This document shows positions 1-9,537 of a DNA stretch of 64,000 bases, one piece after another; position 1 is the stretch's first letter; each line of letters starts with the position of its first letter. The notes under the pieces were generated by a model, which saw nothing but the letters and a program-made list of their open reading frames with translations, ran no database searches and was not told the origin of the DNA. The translations under genes and the position numbers were made by a program. Source of the stretch: a candidate division WOR-3 bacterium (GTDB lineage Bacteria > Hydrothermota > Tepidihabitantia > Tepidihabitantales > Tepidihabitantaceae); the NCBI GenBank assembly GCA_965648905.1, contig CBFGIT010000006.1, positions 1 through 64,000 on the forward strand, written 5' to 3'.

Positions 1-570
1 GCCCTGGCGCTCTCCTTGCCGAGACCTCTGCCCCCGCGCCGGTCGCTCTGGTCTTGGCTCGGCTCTTGGCTGGCTGCATCGCTCCGACCTGCGCTCGGAG
101 TTAGGTTCCGGCCGTGGTTCCGGTCGTGGTTAGCCCAGCCGCTTGCCTTGCTGCTTCAGGCGCAGCGCGGCACTGTGCCGGACTCGTGGCACAGGTCGCC
201 TCTGTGGTCGGCCCTGTGTCGGCTCCAGACCAACGCAAGCGCTTGACTTTCGGGCCCGGCAGGTTTGTTATTCGGCGTTGCGGACCGGCAACCAGTTGGG
301 TTGCAACGACGGTCGGGCAGATACTCTGTGACGGCGGGGACAGGCCCGGGCGGAACGGTCCTCAACCCGGGCGAGAGGAGAAATCGACTGCGACATCCGA
401 GTCGCACCAGACCTGGACGTAGAAGTACCTATGGTCCAACAGGATAGAGCAGCAGGTTGGCGGCCAGTCCGTCTTGGAACCGGGCGATGCGGCGAGCAGA
501 CGGAAATGGTTCTCTGGTCCAGGTTTCGCAGTGCCAGCAAGTTAGGTAATACTTGCTATCGACTAGGTGC

Positions 571-586
571 TGGCACTGGGGTTGCA
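571..586 (+). promoter_or_regulatory. sigma54 (-24/-12) promoter of the Tad locus
   Basis: TGGCAC-TGGGG-TTGCA, exact TGGCAC-N5-TTGCW consensus, about 200 nt upstream of the flp pilin. Confidence 0.8.
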
Positions 587-792
587 ATACAGCGGTGTGC
601 GACTGTGTCAGAGGGGGTACTCACCGGCCGCCTTACGGCTCTGCCGTACGCGGTCGATGTCGGTTTGGTTTCCTCGCGCGGTCGTCGAGGGTATGGTAGT
701 TGGGAAGAGAGGGTGTGTGCACTCAAGGCCATACGGTGCCGGACAGCGCCGCACCCAAAGAAATGGGTGGGAAACCCGGAAAGGACCGAATC

Positions 793-972
793 ATGACTGG
801 CAAACTGTCCCGAATCGGCAGGACGCTCCTGTCGGATGAAAGCGGTCAGACGATGCTCGAGTACATCGTGATCGTCGTCTTCGTCGTTATTGCCGCAATC
901 ATCGGCTTCCGGCTTGTCAAGGGTACTGTTCAGCGCAGCATTCAGAAGGCTTCGGCCTCGATCGAGCAGTAA
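793..972 (+). CDS. flp: Flp/Fap type IVc major pilin
   Basis: DESG|QTMLEY Flp motif followed by hydrophobic helix; GAAAGGA SD before ATG 793. Confidence 0.92.
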   Translation: MTGKLSRIGRTLLSDESGQTMLEYIVIVVFVVIAAIIGFRLVKGTVQRSIQKASASIEQ

Positions 973-1113
973 CGACGCAGTGACCCGATGCCCGCCGCCA
1001 GGGTGCGCGGTCCGTAAGCGCGGGCCTGCTGCCTGCGCTCCGAAGAACCGGGCAACCCTGGCGGTCGGACGAGTTATCGGGCGTCCGGGCAACTGCCGCC
1101 GAAAGCGTAACGC

Positions 1114-1665
1114 ATGACCAATCCCACCGAGACCGTCACCAACGTCTGCACGCTGCTCCTCCTGATACTGAGCGCTTTCTGGGACCTGAAGTACCGCCGG
1201 ATTCCGAACTGGGCCACGCTGCCGGCCATCGTCCTCGGGCTTGGAATCAACGGCCTATCCGGCGGCTGGACCGGGCTCCGGACTTCGGGTTTCGGCTTTC
1301 TGGTCGGCTTTGGTGCGCTGCTCGTGCTGTTTGTCCTCGGCTGGATGGGCGGGGGTGACGTCAAACTGATTGCCGCGGTCGGTGCGCTCAAGGGCTATCC
1401 GTTCATTGTCTCGGCGCTGTTCTATTCGCTGCTCGTGGGGGTGGTAATCGGCGTTGCCATGCTCATCTGGAACCGGAGAGTGCTGCGGACGTTCCGCAAC
1501 CTCTTTTTCGTCATTGGGTCGCGCGTCTGTCGGCTGATTCCCAGGCAGGACTTGAGCCGCGAGGAAACGCAGAAGCTGCCGTTCGGAGTCGCGATCGTGT
1601 TCGGGTCACTCTGGGCACTGATTGCGGGCTACGCTGCCAGCCCGCTGAGACTGGCCGGCCTGTGA
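1114..1665 (+). CDS. cpaA: A24 prepilin peptidase (TadV/CpaA)
   Basis: WDLKYRRIPN and MGGGDVKL aspartate motifs, multiple TM helices, C-terminal LPFGVAI. Confidence 0.92.
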   Translation: MTNPTETVTNVCTLLLLILSAFWDLKYRRIPNWATLPAIVLGLGINGLSGGWTGLRTSGFGFLVGFGALLVLFVLGWMGGGDVKLIAAVGALKGYPFIVSALFYSLLVGVVIGVAMLIWNRRVLRTFRNLFFVIGSRVCRLIPRQDLSREETQKLPFGVAIVFGSLWALIAGYAASPLRLAGL

Positions 1666-2309
1666 TGCGCTGCCCGCGCCTGGTCCGGGACACCGAAGGC
1701 GGTGCGCTGCTTGAGACGGTCATCGTGCTGCCGGTATTGCTGCTGTTCATGATGGTAATCATGGAGCTCTCGTTGATGGTAAGCGCCAAGCAGGTCACGA
1801 ACTATGCCGCGTTCTGCGCGGCCCGCACCTGCGCGGTCTACGGAACCGACTCGACGGCCAAGACCCATCTGGCCGCGGCGATGGCGCTCAGTTCGATTTC
1901 GACCGGGGCACCGACGAACGCGATGGCGGTTCTCAATGCCTACGGTCTGCCCGACCCGAACCAGGCCATGGAGGCGCTCCGCAACGTCCCGGGTCTTGGT
2001 GACAACACCCTGTGGCACACGCGCCTGGCCGATGCCTACCTGCGGACCGGGGTCCCGACCTGCGACACCGGCACGGTCCCGGGCAAAGCCCGCAAGCACG
2101 TCACAGTGAATCTCACCTACATCTATCGCTGCTCGTTTCTGCCCTTCGGGAGTTTCTGGGGCGGTGCGGGCCTGAATTCGTTCATTGCCATGCTCAAAGG
2201 CCTGCCGTTCTACACGATAATCGAGCCCGCGGTCACGCGGCTGGAGAACAGCCGACCGTGGAACGTCCCGCTTCACGGCCGCGCCGTGGTCGACTACTGG
2301 GCAGGCTAG
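1662..2309 (+). CDS. TadE-like pseudopilin
   Basis: G|GALLE prepilin motif, TM helix, then NYAAFCAAR. Confidence 0.85.
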   Translation: MMRCPRLVRDTEGGALLETVIVLPVLLLFMMVIMELSLMVSAKQVTNYAAFCAARTCAVYGTDSTAKTHLAAAMALSSISTGAPTNAMAVLNAYGLPDPNQAMEALRNVPGLGDNTLWHTRLADAYLRTGVPTCDTGTVPGKARKHVTVNLTYIYRCSFLPFGSFWGGAGLNSFIAMLKGLPFYTIIEPAVTRLENSRPWNVPLHGRAVVDYWAG

Positions 2310-2313
2310 GCTC

Positions 2314-3945
2314 ATGCGTCTGTCCAAACTGCGCACGGGTCGTTTCGCGCGCGTTCGAGGTCTGGTCCGCGACGACAACGGCCAGGTCCTGCTCTATGGC
2401 GCGGTCATCGCGGTCGTGCTCCTCATATTCCTGCTCGTAATCCCCAACAGCACACACGTCATGACTCAGAAGGTACGCAGCCAGACCGCGGCGGATGCCG
2501 GCGCGTACACCGGCTCGGTCTGGCTTGCTAGGGGCCTCAACCTCAACGCCAGTCTGAACGTCGGCGTCAAGAGCATGTATACTTGGATGACCGTCCTGAC
2601 CATGGCCTCGGCTCTTGCTCAGGCGTTGTACAGCGATACGCACGACCTGTCAGTGCGGCAGATGGGCCAGGGAATCACCCAGGCTCTGTTCGACAACAGC
2701 GACCCGGTCTACGTTGCGAACAACGTCTACCCGCAGGCGATTCAGAAGCTGGCCGAGACCATGCAGTGGCTGGGCACGATGCAGGACGACATTGCCCGTA
2801 CATTCCCCATGGTCGCCCAGACCGCCGGAGGTCAAGAGGCCTGCCGGAACGCAAGCGGCGGGGACCCGGCATCGCAGAACCCGGGCGGCGCGACGCTGGT
2901 CAGCACCGGCGACACGCTGCCAACAGAAGTCAACGGGGCGGGCGATAGTCTGGTCTACTTCCATCTGCTCCAGCTCGCGGCCGCGCTCGACACGATTCCG
3001 ACCAATGACCCGAACATCGGCCCGGCAACCGGCGTGATCTTAGTCGACCCCAACAACCTGGAAATCAGGGCCTACTACGGCGATTCGAGCGAGTGGTGCA
3101 CAGTCCGCCAGGTCCTGAAGCGGCTGTACAAGAAGCCCGTGGTCCAGACATTCCGGCACAACTACACCAATGTCATCGACTCCGGCATCGAGTATTTCCA
3201 GAGCTCGGGCGGCAGCCGCTACGTATCTTACCTTCAGGGCGACAGTTGGGCGCGTTACGTCCTGGTCTGCAACGAAGGCGGGCCCCACACGCCCTTCATC
3301 TGGCCCAACGGCAGGCCGACTCCGCCGTACAAGAACACGGCCATGTGGACCCTGCTCAACTGTCATCCGGGTGATGCCCGGTACAAGATTGACACGGTGT
3401 GGATTGAGAACTACGTGGTCAGACGGAGCGACCCGGCATACGGCAGATGGAACGTGGGCCGGTGGCAACCGGGTGACTCGATTCTGCCCGGAGTCTCGGA
3501 CAGTGGATTCGAGGTCGAATCCTCCTATGCCTACCCAACCGATTTCTACACCGGTGCCGAGTCGACGCGCGGTAATCAGGGAACCAGGGTAAGGCCAAGG
3601 CGACTAAGCCCTGATGCTGACCTGTTCACGGTCTCTTTTGTCTGGCGACTGGGCGATACGAGCCAGTCGCCGTTCGGGCCGGCACCGCGGCTGGGCCGGG
3701 CGGTCCTGCCGCGCGAGCGGGTGGCGGCACCGTGTCCGATGCTTTCGGTCGCGCAGGCCCGACCGTACTTGGCCCTGGCCAGTCCGACCGAAGAAGACTA
3801 CTTCTTTTCGCCGAACTGGGAGGTACGGCTCGTGCCAATTGACTCGGCCGGGGTCTATCAGATAACGAGCGACCCAAGATACGAGGCGAACAGGCTCAGT
3901 GCAATCAACCTGGAGGACCTGCTCAAGTATGTTCTGCTGCCATAG
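2314..3945 (+). CDS. TadG-like minor pilin / putative tip adhesin
   Basis: G|QVLL, TM helix, then QTAADAGAY motif; large C-terminal domain not recognised. Confidence 0.8.
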   Translation: MRLSKLRTGRFARVRGLVRDDNGQVLLYGAVIAVVLLIFLLVIPNSTHVMTQKVRSQTAADAGAYTGSVWLARGLNLNASLNVGVKSMYTWMTVLTMASALAQALYSDTHDLSVRQMGQGITQALFDNSDPVYVANNVYPQAIQKLAETMQWLGTMQDDIARTFPMVAQTAGGQEACRNASGGDPASQNPGGATLVSTGDTLPTEVNGAGDSLVYFHLLQLAAALDTIPTNDPNIGPATGVILVDPNNLEIRAYYGDSSEWCTVRQVLKRLYKKPVVQTFRHNYTNVIDSGIEYFQSSGGSRYVSYLQGDSWARYVLVCNEGGPHTPFIWPNGRPTPPYKNTAMWTLLNCHPGDARYKIDTVWIENYVVRRSDPAYGRWNVGRWQPGDSILPGVSDSGFEVESSYAYPTDFYTGAESTRGNQGTRVRPRRLSPDADLFTVSFVWRLGDTSQSPFGPAPRLGRAVLPRERVAAPCPMLSVAQARPYLALASPTEEDYFFSPNWEVRLVPIDSAGVYQITSDPRYEANRLSAINLEDLLKYVLLP

Positions 3946-3952
3946 CCGAACC

Positions 3953-4564
3953 ATGTTTCCGGCACGCCTGGGCCGTGTCGTGCTGCGTCTTGCCTACGAC
4001 GGTCGGGGTGTTGCCACGCTTGAAGGCATAGTGGTCCTGGCGCTCTTTGCCGGGGTGTTCTTCGCCTGCCTGCTTCTTGGCCAGTGGGGTGTGAGTCTTC
4101 AATCCGGCCAGATGGGCGCGCGCCTGCTCGCCTTTGACGCCGGCGATGCTCAGCTCGCCCGACTGGGCCGGGTCTCGCGTCACCCGGCCCAGAGTTATGT
4201 GAACGAGGACTGGGTTATGCTGTTCAACAGCCGGACCGCGAACTGGATAAACCGCGTCTTCACGCTTAGCAACGGCCGGTTCCTCGGCAGCGTAGCCGAC
4301 ACGACCCATGGCCGATTGCCCGGAGGACCATCCCTGTTCGGCTATGCGCCCGCAAGCATGAGATACCACACGGACCAGTGGTCCGCAGCAACCGGAGCCT
4401 GGCCCGCACCCGACTCCGCGCTCCGGTTGAAGCTCCTCAGCACGGCCTACTACGTCGGACGCTACCGGTTAGGCCCGGATGACCTCGACTCCACCTACGG
4501 CCTCGGGATACCGGCTGCAATTCCCATCCTTGAGACCATCTATGCACGCGTGGGGGTACGGTGA
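3953..4564 (+). CDS. TadE/TadF-like pseudopilin
   Basis: G|VATLE motif plus hydrophobic helix; start moved to ATG 3953. Confidence 0.7.
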   Translation: MFPARLGRVVLRLAYDGRGVATLEGIVVLALFAGVFFACLLLGQWGVSLQSGQMGARLLAFDAGDAQLARLGRVSRHPAQSYVNEDWVMLFNSRTANWINRVFTLSNGRFLGSVADTTHGRLPGGPSLFGYAPASMRYHTDQWSAATGAWPAPDSALRLKLLSTAYYVGRYRLGPDDLDSTYGLGIPAAIPILETIYARVGVR

Positions 4565-5274
4565 AGGCCGCAAGCGTGCTCCTGCGTGTCAGCCTGACTA
4601 TGCTTCTCGCTCTCACAGGACTGGTGGTCGGCATTCTACTTACGCCCGGGCTGGCAAGGTTCGGTGCTGGGCCGAATGCCCGTGCTATCGGCCAGCCTGA
4701 CTGGGGTGGCGGCAGAATGTCGTTTGCCCACCGGCCCGCAACTCAGGTCATCGACTCGCTCCGGGGCGTACTGGGGACCGGTCGGTCATTAGCATCGGCC
4801 TGGTCGAACAGAACAACCGGGGTCGTACTCTGCCGCAAGCCTGATTCCGACTTCGCGCTCGCTCTGGTCCTGTCCACGACTCAGGTTCAAGACCGGGCCG
4901 GGCTGTTTGAACTCCCTTCGGCCCGGCAATTCCGAGATGAGCTTTTTCCCCGAGCCGGTGCGGCACAGGCGCCCGCGGCCGACATTCCGTTCTATCCCGG
5001 TTCTGATTGCCGGCTTCAGGTCGGACAGGGCACTGCTTGCTTTGTCGGTTTCTACCTGACTCCGGACAGTCCCGAGGCGGTTATGGCGTTCTACGTCCGC
5101 TCCCTGGAACGGCTCAAGTGGCAGCGGGCTGCGCCGACCGCAGCGCATGTCGAGGCTTTTGCGAAGCCGAATGACGAACGGACTCTAGTCGTGCAGATAA
5201 GGAAGCAGGACTCGGCGACAACCCGCATCGGACTGGTGGCGATGACCGAGGACAAGCGGGTCGGCCCGAAATGA
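4561..5274 (+). CDS. Hypothetical membrane-anchored protein of the Tad locus
   Basis: GTGA overlap with upstream gene; N-terminal TM helix. Confidence 0.65.
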   Translation: MKAASVLLRVSLTMLLALTGLVVGILLTPGLARFGAGPNARAIGQPDWGGGRMSFAHRPATQVIDSLRGVLGTGRSLASAWSNRTTGVVLCRKPDSDFALALVLSTTQVQDRAGLFELPSARQFRDELFPRAGAAQAPAADIPFYPGSDCRLQVGQGTACFVGFYLTPDSPEAVMAFYVRSLERLKWQRAAPTAAHVEAFAKPNDERTLVVQIRKQDSATTRIGLVAMTEDKRVGPK

Positions 5275-5290
5275 AAGGAGACAACCTCCA

Positions 5291-6037
5291 ATGGCGGAAA
5301 GTGAACGAACCGGACTACTACCCAACACCAACTGGCGCGTGCTGGCGCTCGCCGTCGCGCTGGGTCTGGTTGGTGTTGTCCTGATGACCCTCTACACGCG
5401 CACCAAAGAGCGTCGGCGGGAGTCGATTTCGGTCGCGGTGGCGACCCGACAGGTTGCTGCCCGCGACACCATCCGGCGCGGTACGCTCGTGGCCAAGACG
5501 CTGCCCAAGGGTTCAATCGGCGGCAACTTTGTGAGCGGTGAAGACATCGTCGCGGTCGAAGGACGGGTCGTGAGCGTCGACTTGGACCCGGGCCAGCCCC
5601 TGTACTGGAACGCCATTCCTCTTGCTGCCCAGGGTGGATACGACCGCTACCTCCGGCCGGAGAACCGCGAACGCGCGTTCGCCATCAATATCACCGGTGC
5701 GCCGGTCGGCCCGGGTGACGTTATCGACATTCTCGGCACCAGTACCCAGGGTAACCAGCGCCAGGCCTTCGAGGTTCTGCCTGCGGTCACGGTCATCGAC
5801 AAAGTCGGACCGATGCTCGTGCTCAGCGTCACCCCGGAAGAACAGCTCCTCCTCCTCGCCGCTCAGCCCTGCAACCTCACGCTCTCGGTTCGCAGCAAAC
5901 TCGAACCCAGACAAGATACCAGACTCGAACCGGTCAGCCTTGCCCAGGTTCTTCCCCGAGCCAAAGAACTCAGCAAGGCCCGAACTGAAAGACTCGCGCA
6001 GCCGACCGAAGTTGCAGGGTCCATCCGCCGTGACTAA
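5291..6037 (+). CDS. cpaB: Flp pilus assembly protein CpaB/RcpC (SAF domain)
   Basis: TM helix, VAVATRQV SAF-like start, RAFAI, PGDVIDI, LSVTPEE; AAGGAG SD. Confidence 0.85.
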   Translation: MAESERTGLLPNTNWRVLALAVALGLVGVVLMTLYTRTKERRRESISVAVATRQVAARDTIRRGTLVAKTLPKGSIGGNFVSGEDIVAVEGRVVSVDLDPGQPLYWNAIPLAAQGGYDRYLRPENRERAFAINITGAPVGPGDVIDILGTSTQGNQRQAFEVLPAVTVIDKVGPMLVLSVTPEEQLLLLAAQPCNLTLSVRSKLEPRQDTRLEPVSLAQVLPRAKELSKARTERLAQPTEVAGSIRRD

Positions 6038-6041
6038 CCGC

Positions 6042-7253
6042 ATGGAAAAGGCAGGGTGCAGAATGCAAATGCCAAAGTGCAAAATGGCGAATGGCGAGCG
6101 GCGCTCCTGGTACGCTCTGCTGCTGCTGGTCATTGTCGCTCTTCCGGTCCGCGCCTCGGAAGACTTGACCATCGGCGTCGGTGAGCAGCGCATTGTAACT
6201 GCCCCGGCTGGCAGCGACATCGGGTTCACCGGTCCGCTCCACGTCGTGCGACTCGATGCCGCGCGAGTCAAGATCATCGGCGACGGTCCCGGTTGGGGCT
6301 CGGTTACAATCAAGAGCGGTTCCGACGTCTTCCAATACTCGGTCACGGTGGTCGCGGTTCCGCCCGAGCAGACGATCTCAAAGCTCAAAGCGCTGCTCGG
6401 CGACCTGAAGCTGACCTACACCGCGGCCGGCGACCGCATTCTGGTTGAGGGACGGATTGAGACGACCCAGGAACTGGAGCGGTTCAACCGCATCATCGAG
6501 GCATTCCCCCAGGTGATCAACATGGCGGTCATCACGGCAAAGGAGCCGCTGGTCGACATCGCCGTGACCCTTGTCGAAGTCGACGTTACCAACTCGTCGG
6601 GTCTGGGTCTTCTTGACATCACCTCCCCGGCCGGCCAGGTCTCGATGAACGGCGCGTTTCCACTGAGCGACATCACTGCCCGGACGGTCAGTGCCGGCGA
6701 CGTCCAGGTCAGTTTCGCTCTGTCCAGCCAACTGCTCGAAGCGCTCCAGGCCCAGGTACAGCGCGGCCGGGCCAAGATCATCGCCAACCCGCGCGTCGTC
6801 ACGCGCAGCCGGCAGCAGGCGGTCATTACCTCAGGCGGCGAGATACCGTATCGGGTCGTCAGCGCCACCGGCGGCCAGGGCGTCGAATACAAGTCTTACG
6901 GTATCACACTGCGGGTCACACCGGAAGAGCGGATGAACGATGTCCTCCTGCATCTCAATCTGGAGTCGAGTGAGCCGGTCGGCTCGGTCAGCGGCTCAAG
7001 CCAGAATCCATTGACCTCGCGCAGCATCGAGCTGAACGTCGCGGTTGAGAAAGACAAGACCCTGGCCATCGCCGGGCTCTACAACGCCGTCACCTCCAGT
7101 TCAACCCGCAGCGGTTGCCTCTTCCCGCTGTTTGCCACCTCGGCCTCAACTCGACGCCGGGAAATCATCGTTCTGGTCACGCCGCGCGTGTCGCCGGATG
7201 GCATCAGGCAGGAGCACTTCCAGATGGTAAACCCCAAGGAACTGGGGCAGTGA
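6042..7253 (+). CDS. cpaC: Tad secretin RcpA/CpaC (with BON-like domain)
   Basis: AKIIANPRVVT, SGGEIPY, VEYKSYGITL.VTP, IIVLVTPR secretin motifs; signal peptide; start uncertain (6042-6084). Confidence 0.85.
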   Translation: MEKAGCRMQMPKCKMANGERRSWYALLLLVIVALPVRASEDLTIGVGEQRIVTAPAGSDIGFTGPLHVVRLDAARVKIIGDGPGWGSVTIKSGSDVFQYSVTVVAVPPEQTISKLKALLGDLKLTYTAAGDRILVEGRIETTQELERFNRIIEAFPQVINMAVITAKEPLVDIAVTLVEVDVTNSSGLGLLDITSPAGQVSMNGAFPLSDITARTVSAGDVQVSFALSSQLLEALQAQVQRGRAKIIANPRVVTRSRQQAVITSGGEIPYRVVSATGGQGVEYKSYGITLRVTPEERMNDVLLHLNLESSEPVGSVSGSSQNPLTSRSIELNVAVEKDKTLAIAGLYNAVTSSSTRSGCLFPLFATSASTRRREIIVLVTPRVSPDGIRQEHFQMVNPKELGQ

Positions 7254-7263
7254 GGCGCACCGA

Positions 7264-8697
7264 ATGAAGCTCTTCGACCGCCTGCCCGCGCCACAGCGGC
7301 AGGCGAGCCCGCCTTCGGCATCCGGTCTTCTGCGTTCAACTGGTGCTCCTGCCGAGCCGGGTGGTTCAGTGCCGAATTCAGATGAACTCGGACTCCGACT
7401 CCAGCCCGGGCCGGCCGAGCCGGACACCGGCCTGTTCGGCTTCAAGCAAAGCATCCAAAACGAACTCCTGACGCGTGTTAACCGGCACCCGGCAAGCTTC
7501 CAGGGACTGAGCGATGCCGAGTTCCGGGAACGGGTACGCGACACGCTGCTCGACATCCTGTCTGCCCCTGGGACCGCGCTGCCGCCCGGATGGACGCGAG
7601 AAGAGATGCTGACCGAGCTGCTGCACGACTTCCTTGGCCTGGGCCCGCTCGAGCAGTTCCTCGCCGACGACTCGGTCACCGAAATCATGGTCAACCAGCC
7701 CGACCGGATCTACGTCGAGCGCCGCGGCCGACTCGAACTCACTTCGGCTCGCTTCCTCAACGAAGACCAGGTCCGCGCCGTGATTCAGCGTATCGTCCAG
7801 CCACTGGGCCGCCACGTTGACGAGGCCGTCCCCTATGTCGATGCTCGACTCGGCGACGGCTCCCGCGTGCACGCCATTATCCCGCCGCTGGCCCTGAACG
7901 GCGCGAAACTGACGATTCGCAAGTTCTTCCGCAACAAGCTGACCACCGACGACCTTCTCCGGCTCGGCTCGCTCAGCCGTCCGATGGCCCGGTTCCTTGA
8001 AATGATGATCGAGTACCGGGCCAACATCCTCGTCTCGGGCGGAACCGGCAGCGGCAAGACCACGCTGCTCAACGTCCTGTCCAACTTCATTCCCGACGAC
8101 CAGCGCATCATCACGATTGAGGATGCCGCGGAACTGCACATCAACAAGACCCACGTCATCTCACTCGAAGCCCGCTCGGCCAGTGCCGAAGGCACCGGCG
8201 CGGTCACGATTCGTGAGCTGGTCCGGAATACACTCCGCATGCGGCCGGACCGCATCGTCGTCGGCGAGTGCCGCAGCGGCGAGGCCCTCGATATGCTCCA
8301 GGCCATGAACACCGGCCATGACGGCTCGCTGACCACAATCCACGCCAACAGCCCACGTGATGCCCTAGCCCGGCTCGAAACTCTGGTTCTCATGGCCGGC
8401 GTTGACCTCCCGGCCCGCGCCATCCGCGAACAGATTGCATCCGGCATCAACATCGTGGTCCAGACCGCCCGCCTGTCTGACGGCTCGCGCAAGATCACCA
8501 ACATTTCCGAAGTCACCGGCCTCGGTGAGAACTCGGTCTTCCTGATGCAGGACATCTTCCTCTTTCGACAACAGGGCATCGACCCCGCAGGCCGCATCGT
8601 CGGTCAGTTCCGGCCGACCGGCACCGTACCCAGATTCGTCGAGCACTTGAGCGCCCGCGGCATCAAACTGCCCATGGAGGTCTTCGCTGCTTCTTAG
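7264..8697 (+). CDS. cpaF: Tad assembly ATPase TadA/CpaF
   Basis: GGTGSGKTT Walker A, LRMRPDRIVVGECR, AMNTGHDGSLTTIHAN. Confidence 0.97.
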   Translation: MKLFDRLPAPQRQASPPSASGLLRSTGAPAEPGGSVPNSDELGLRLQPGPAEPDTGLFGFKQSIQNELLTRVNRHPASFQGLSDAEFRERVRDTLLDILSAPGTALPPGWTREEMLTELLHDFLGLGPLEQFLADDSVTEIMVNQPDRIYVERRGRLELTSARFLNEDQVRAVIQRIVQPLGRHVDEAVPYVDARLGDGSRVHAIIPPLALNGAKLTIRKFFRNKLTTDDLLRLGSLSRPMARFLEMMIEYRANILVSGGTGSGKTTLLNVLSNFIPDDQRIITIEDAAELHINKTHVISLEARSASAEGTGAVTIRELVRNTLRMRPDRIVVGECRSGEALDMLQAMNTGHDGSLTTIHANSPRDALARLETLVLMAGVDLPARAIREQIASGINIVVQTARLSDGSRKITNISEVTGLGENSVFLMQDIFLFRQQGIDPAGRIVGQFRPTGTVPRFVEHLSARGIKLPMEVFAAS

Positions 8698-9529
8698 TAT
8701 CCTCGCCGCCGCCGCCATCTTCGGCGCACTCGTTCTGACGACCATTGTCGCGGCCCACGCGGCGGGCAGATACCGGCAGCGGTTCATGGTTCGCACCGAA
8801 GAGAAGGTCGAATCGCTCTACCTTGCCGTCTCGCCCGAACGCCTCTGGCTTTCCGCCCTGCTCGGTGCGGCGGCGGGCGCGGTTCTGATGGCGCTTGTGA
8901 CCGGTTTCACCCTGGTTCCGGTGCTGCTCGGCGCAATCGGCGGTTTCATGGTTCCCAGGCTCTATCTGCGCCAGACTGAACAGAGACGCCGTCGCAAGTT
9001 CGACACCCAACTGCTCGCCGCCATCACCATGATTGCCGGCGCGATGAAGGCCGGCATGAGCCTGCTACAGGCCATCGAACAAGTCACGCGCGAAATGCCT
9101 CCTCCGATCCGTCAGGAGTTCGCCCACATGCTCCACGAAAACCGCATCGGCCGACCGCTCAACCAGGCCCTGCAGGATATGAGGGACCGCATCAAATCCG
9201 ATGACCTGAGTATCACGGTCAACGCCATCAACATCGCCCTGGAGACCGGGGGGGTGCTTTCCGAGGTGCTGGTGAACATCGTGGACACGATTCGGAGCCG
9301 GAATCGGATTCGCGCTCGAATCGATGCTTTGTCGGCCCAGGGACGGTTGCAGGGAATCGTCATGAGTCTCATGCCCTGGGGTCTGGCCGCAATCCTCTTC
9401 ACGCTCGACCGGGAGATGATTCGTCCGATGTTTACCACAACTCCGGGGCAGGTCGGCCTTGTAATCGTCTGCGTGCTGGAGTTTCTCGGCTGGCTCGTAA
9501 TCCAGCGTCTGGTCGCGATTGACGTCTAG
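8687..9529 (+). CDS. tadB: TadB (T2SSF family) inner-membrane platform protein
   Basis: KAGMSL, ETGGVL, LSAQGRLQ motifs; frame open upstream of ATG 8786 with a TM helix; proposed CTG start 8687 after GGAGG. Confidence 0.88.
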   Translation: MLLSILAAAAIFGALVLTTIVAAHAAGRYRQRFMVRTEEKVESLYLAVSPERLWLSALLGAAAGAVLMALVTGFTLVPVLLGAIGGFMVPRLYLRQTEQRRRRKFDTQLLAAITMIAGAMKAGMSLLQAIEQVTREMPPPIRQEFAHMLHENRIGRPLNQALQDMRDRIKSDDLSITVNAINIALETGGVLSEVLVNIVDTIRSRNRIRARIDALSAQGRLQGIVMSLMPWGLAAILFTLDREMIRPMFTTTPGQVGLVIVCVLEFLGWLVIQRLVAIDV

Positions 9530-9537
9530 GAGCCCAA

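Noticed and set aside
1..246. ORF 16-246 and degenerate ~12-bp repeats (GGTTCCGGYCGT, CTTGGCTCGG)
   Set aside because: Low-complexity sequence at the window edge with no recognisable protein; cannot be interpreted without upstream context
598..792. Possible c-di-GMP riboswitch in the long flp leader
   Set aside because: No class I or class II consensus recognised; only short hairpins
5622..6041. Long N-terminal extension of the secretin ORF in the track
   Set aside because: Overlaps cpaB out of frame; the signal peptide only appears after 6042
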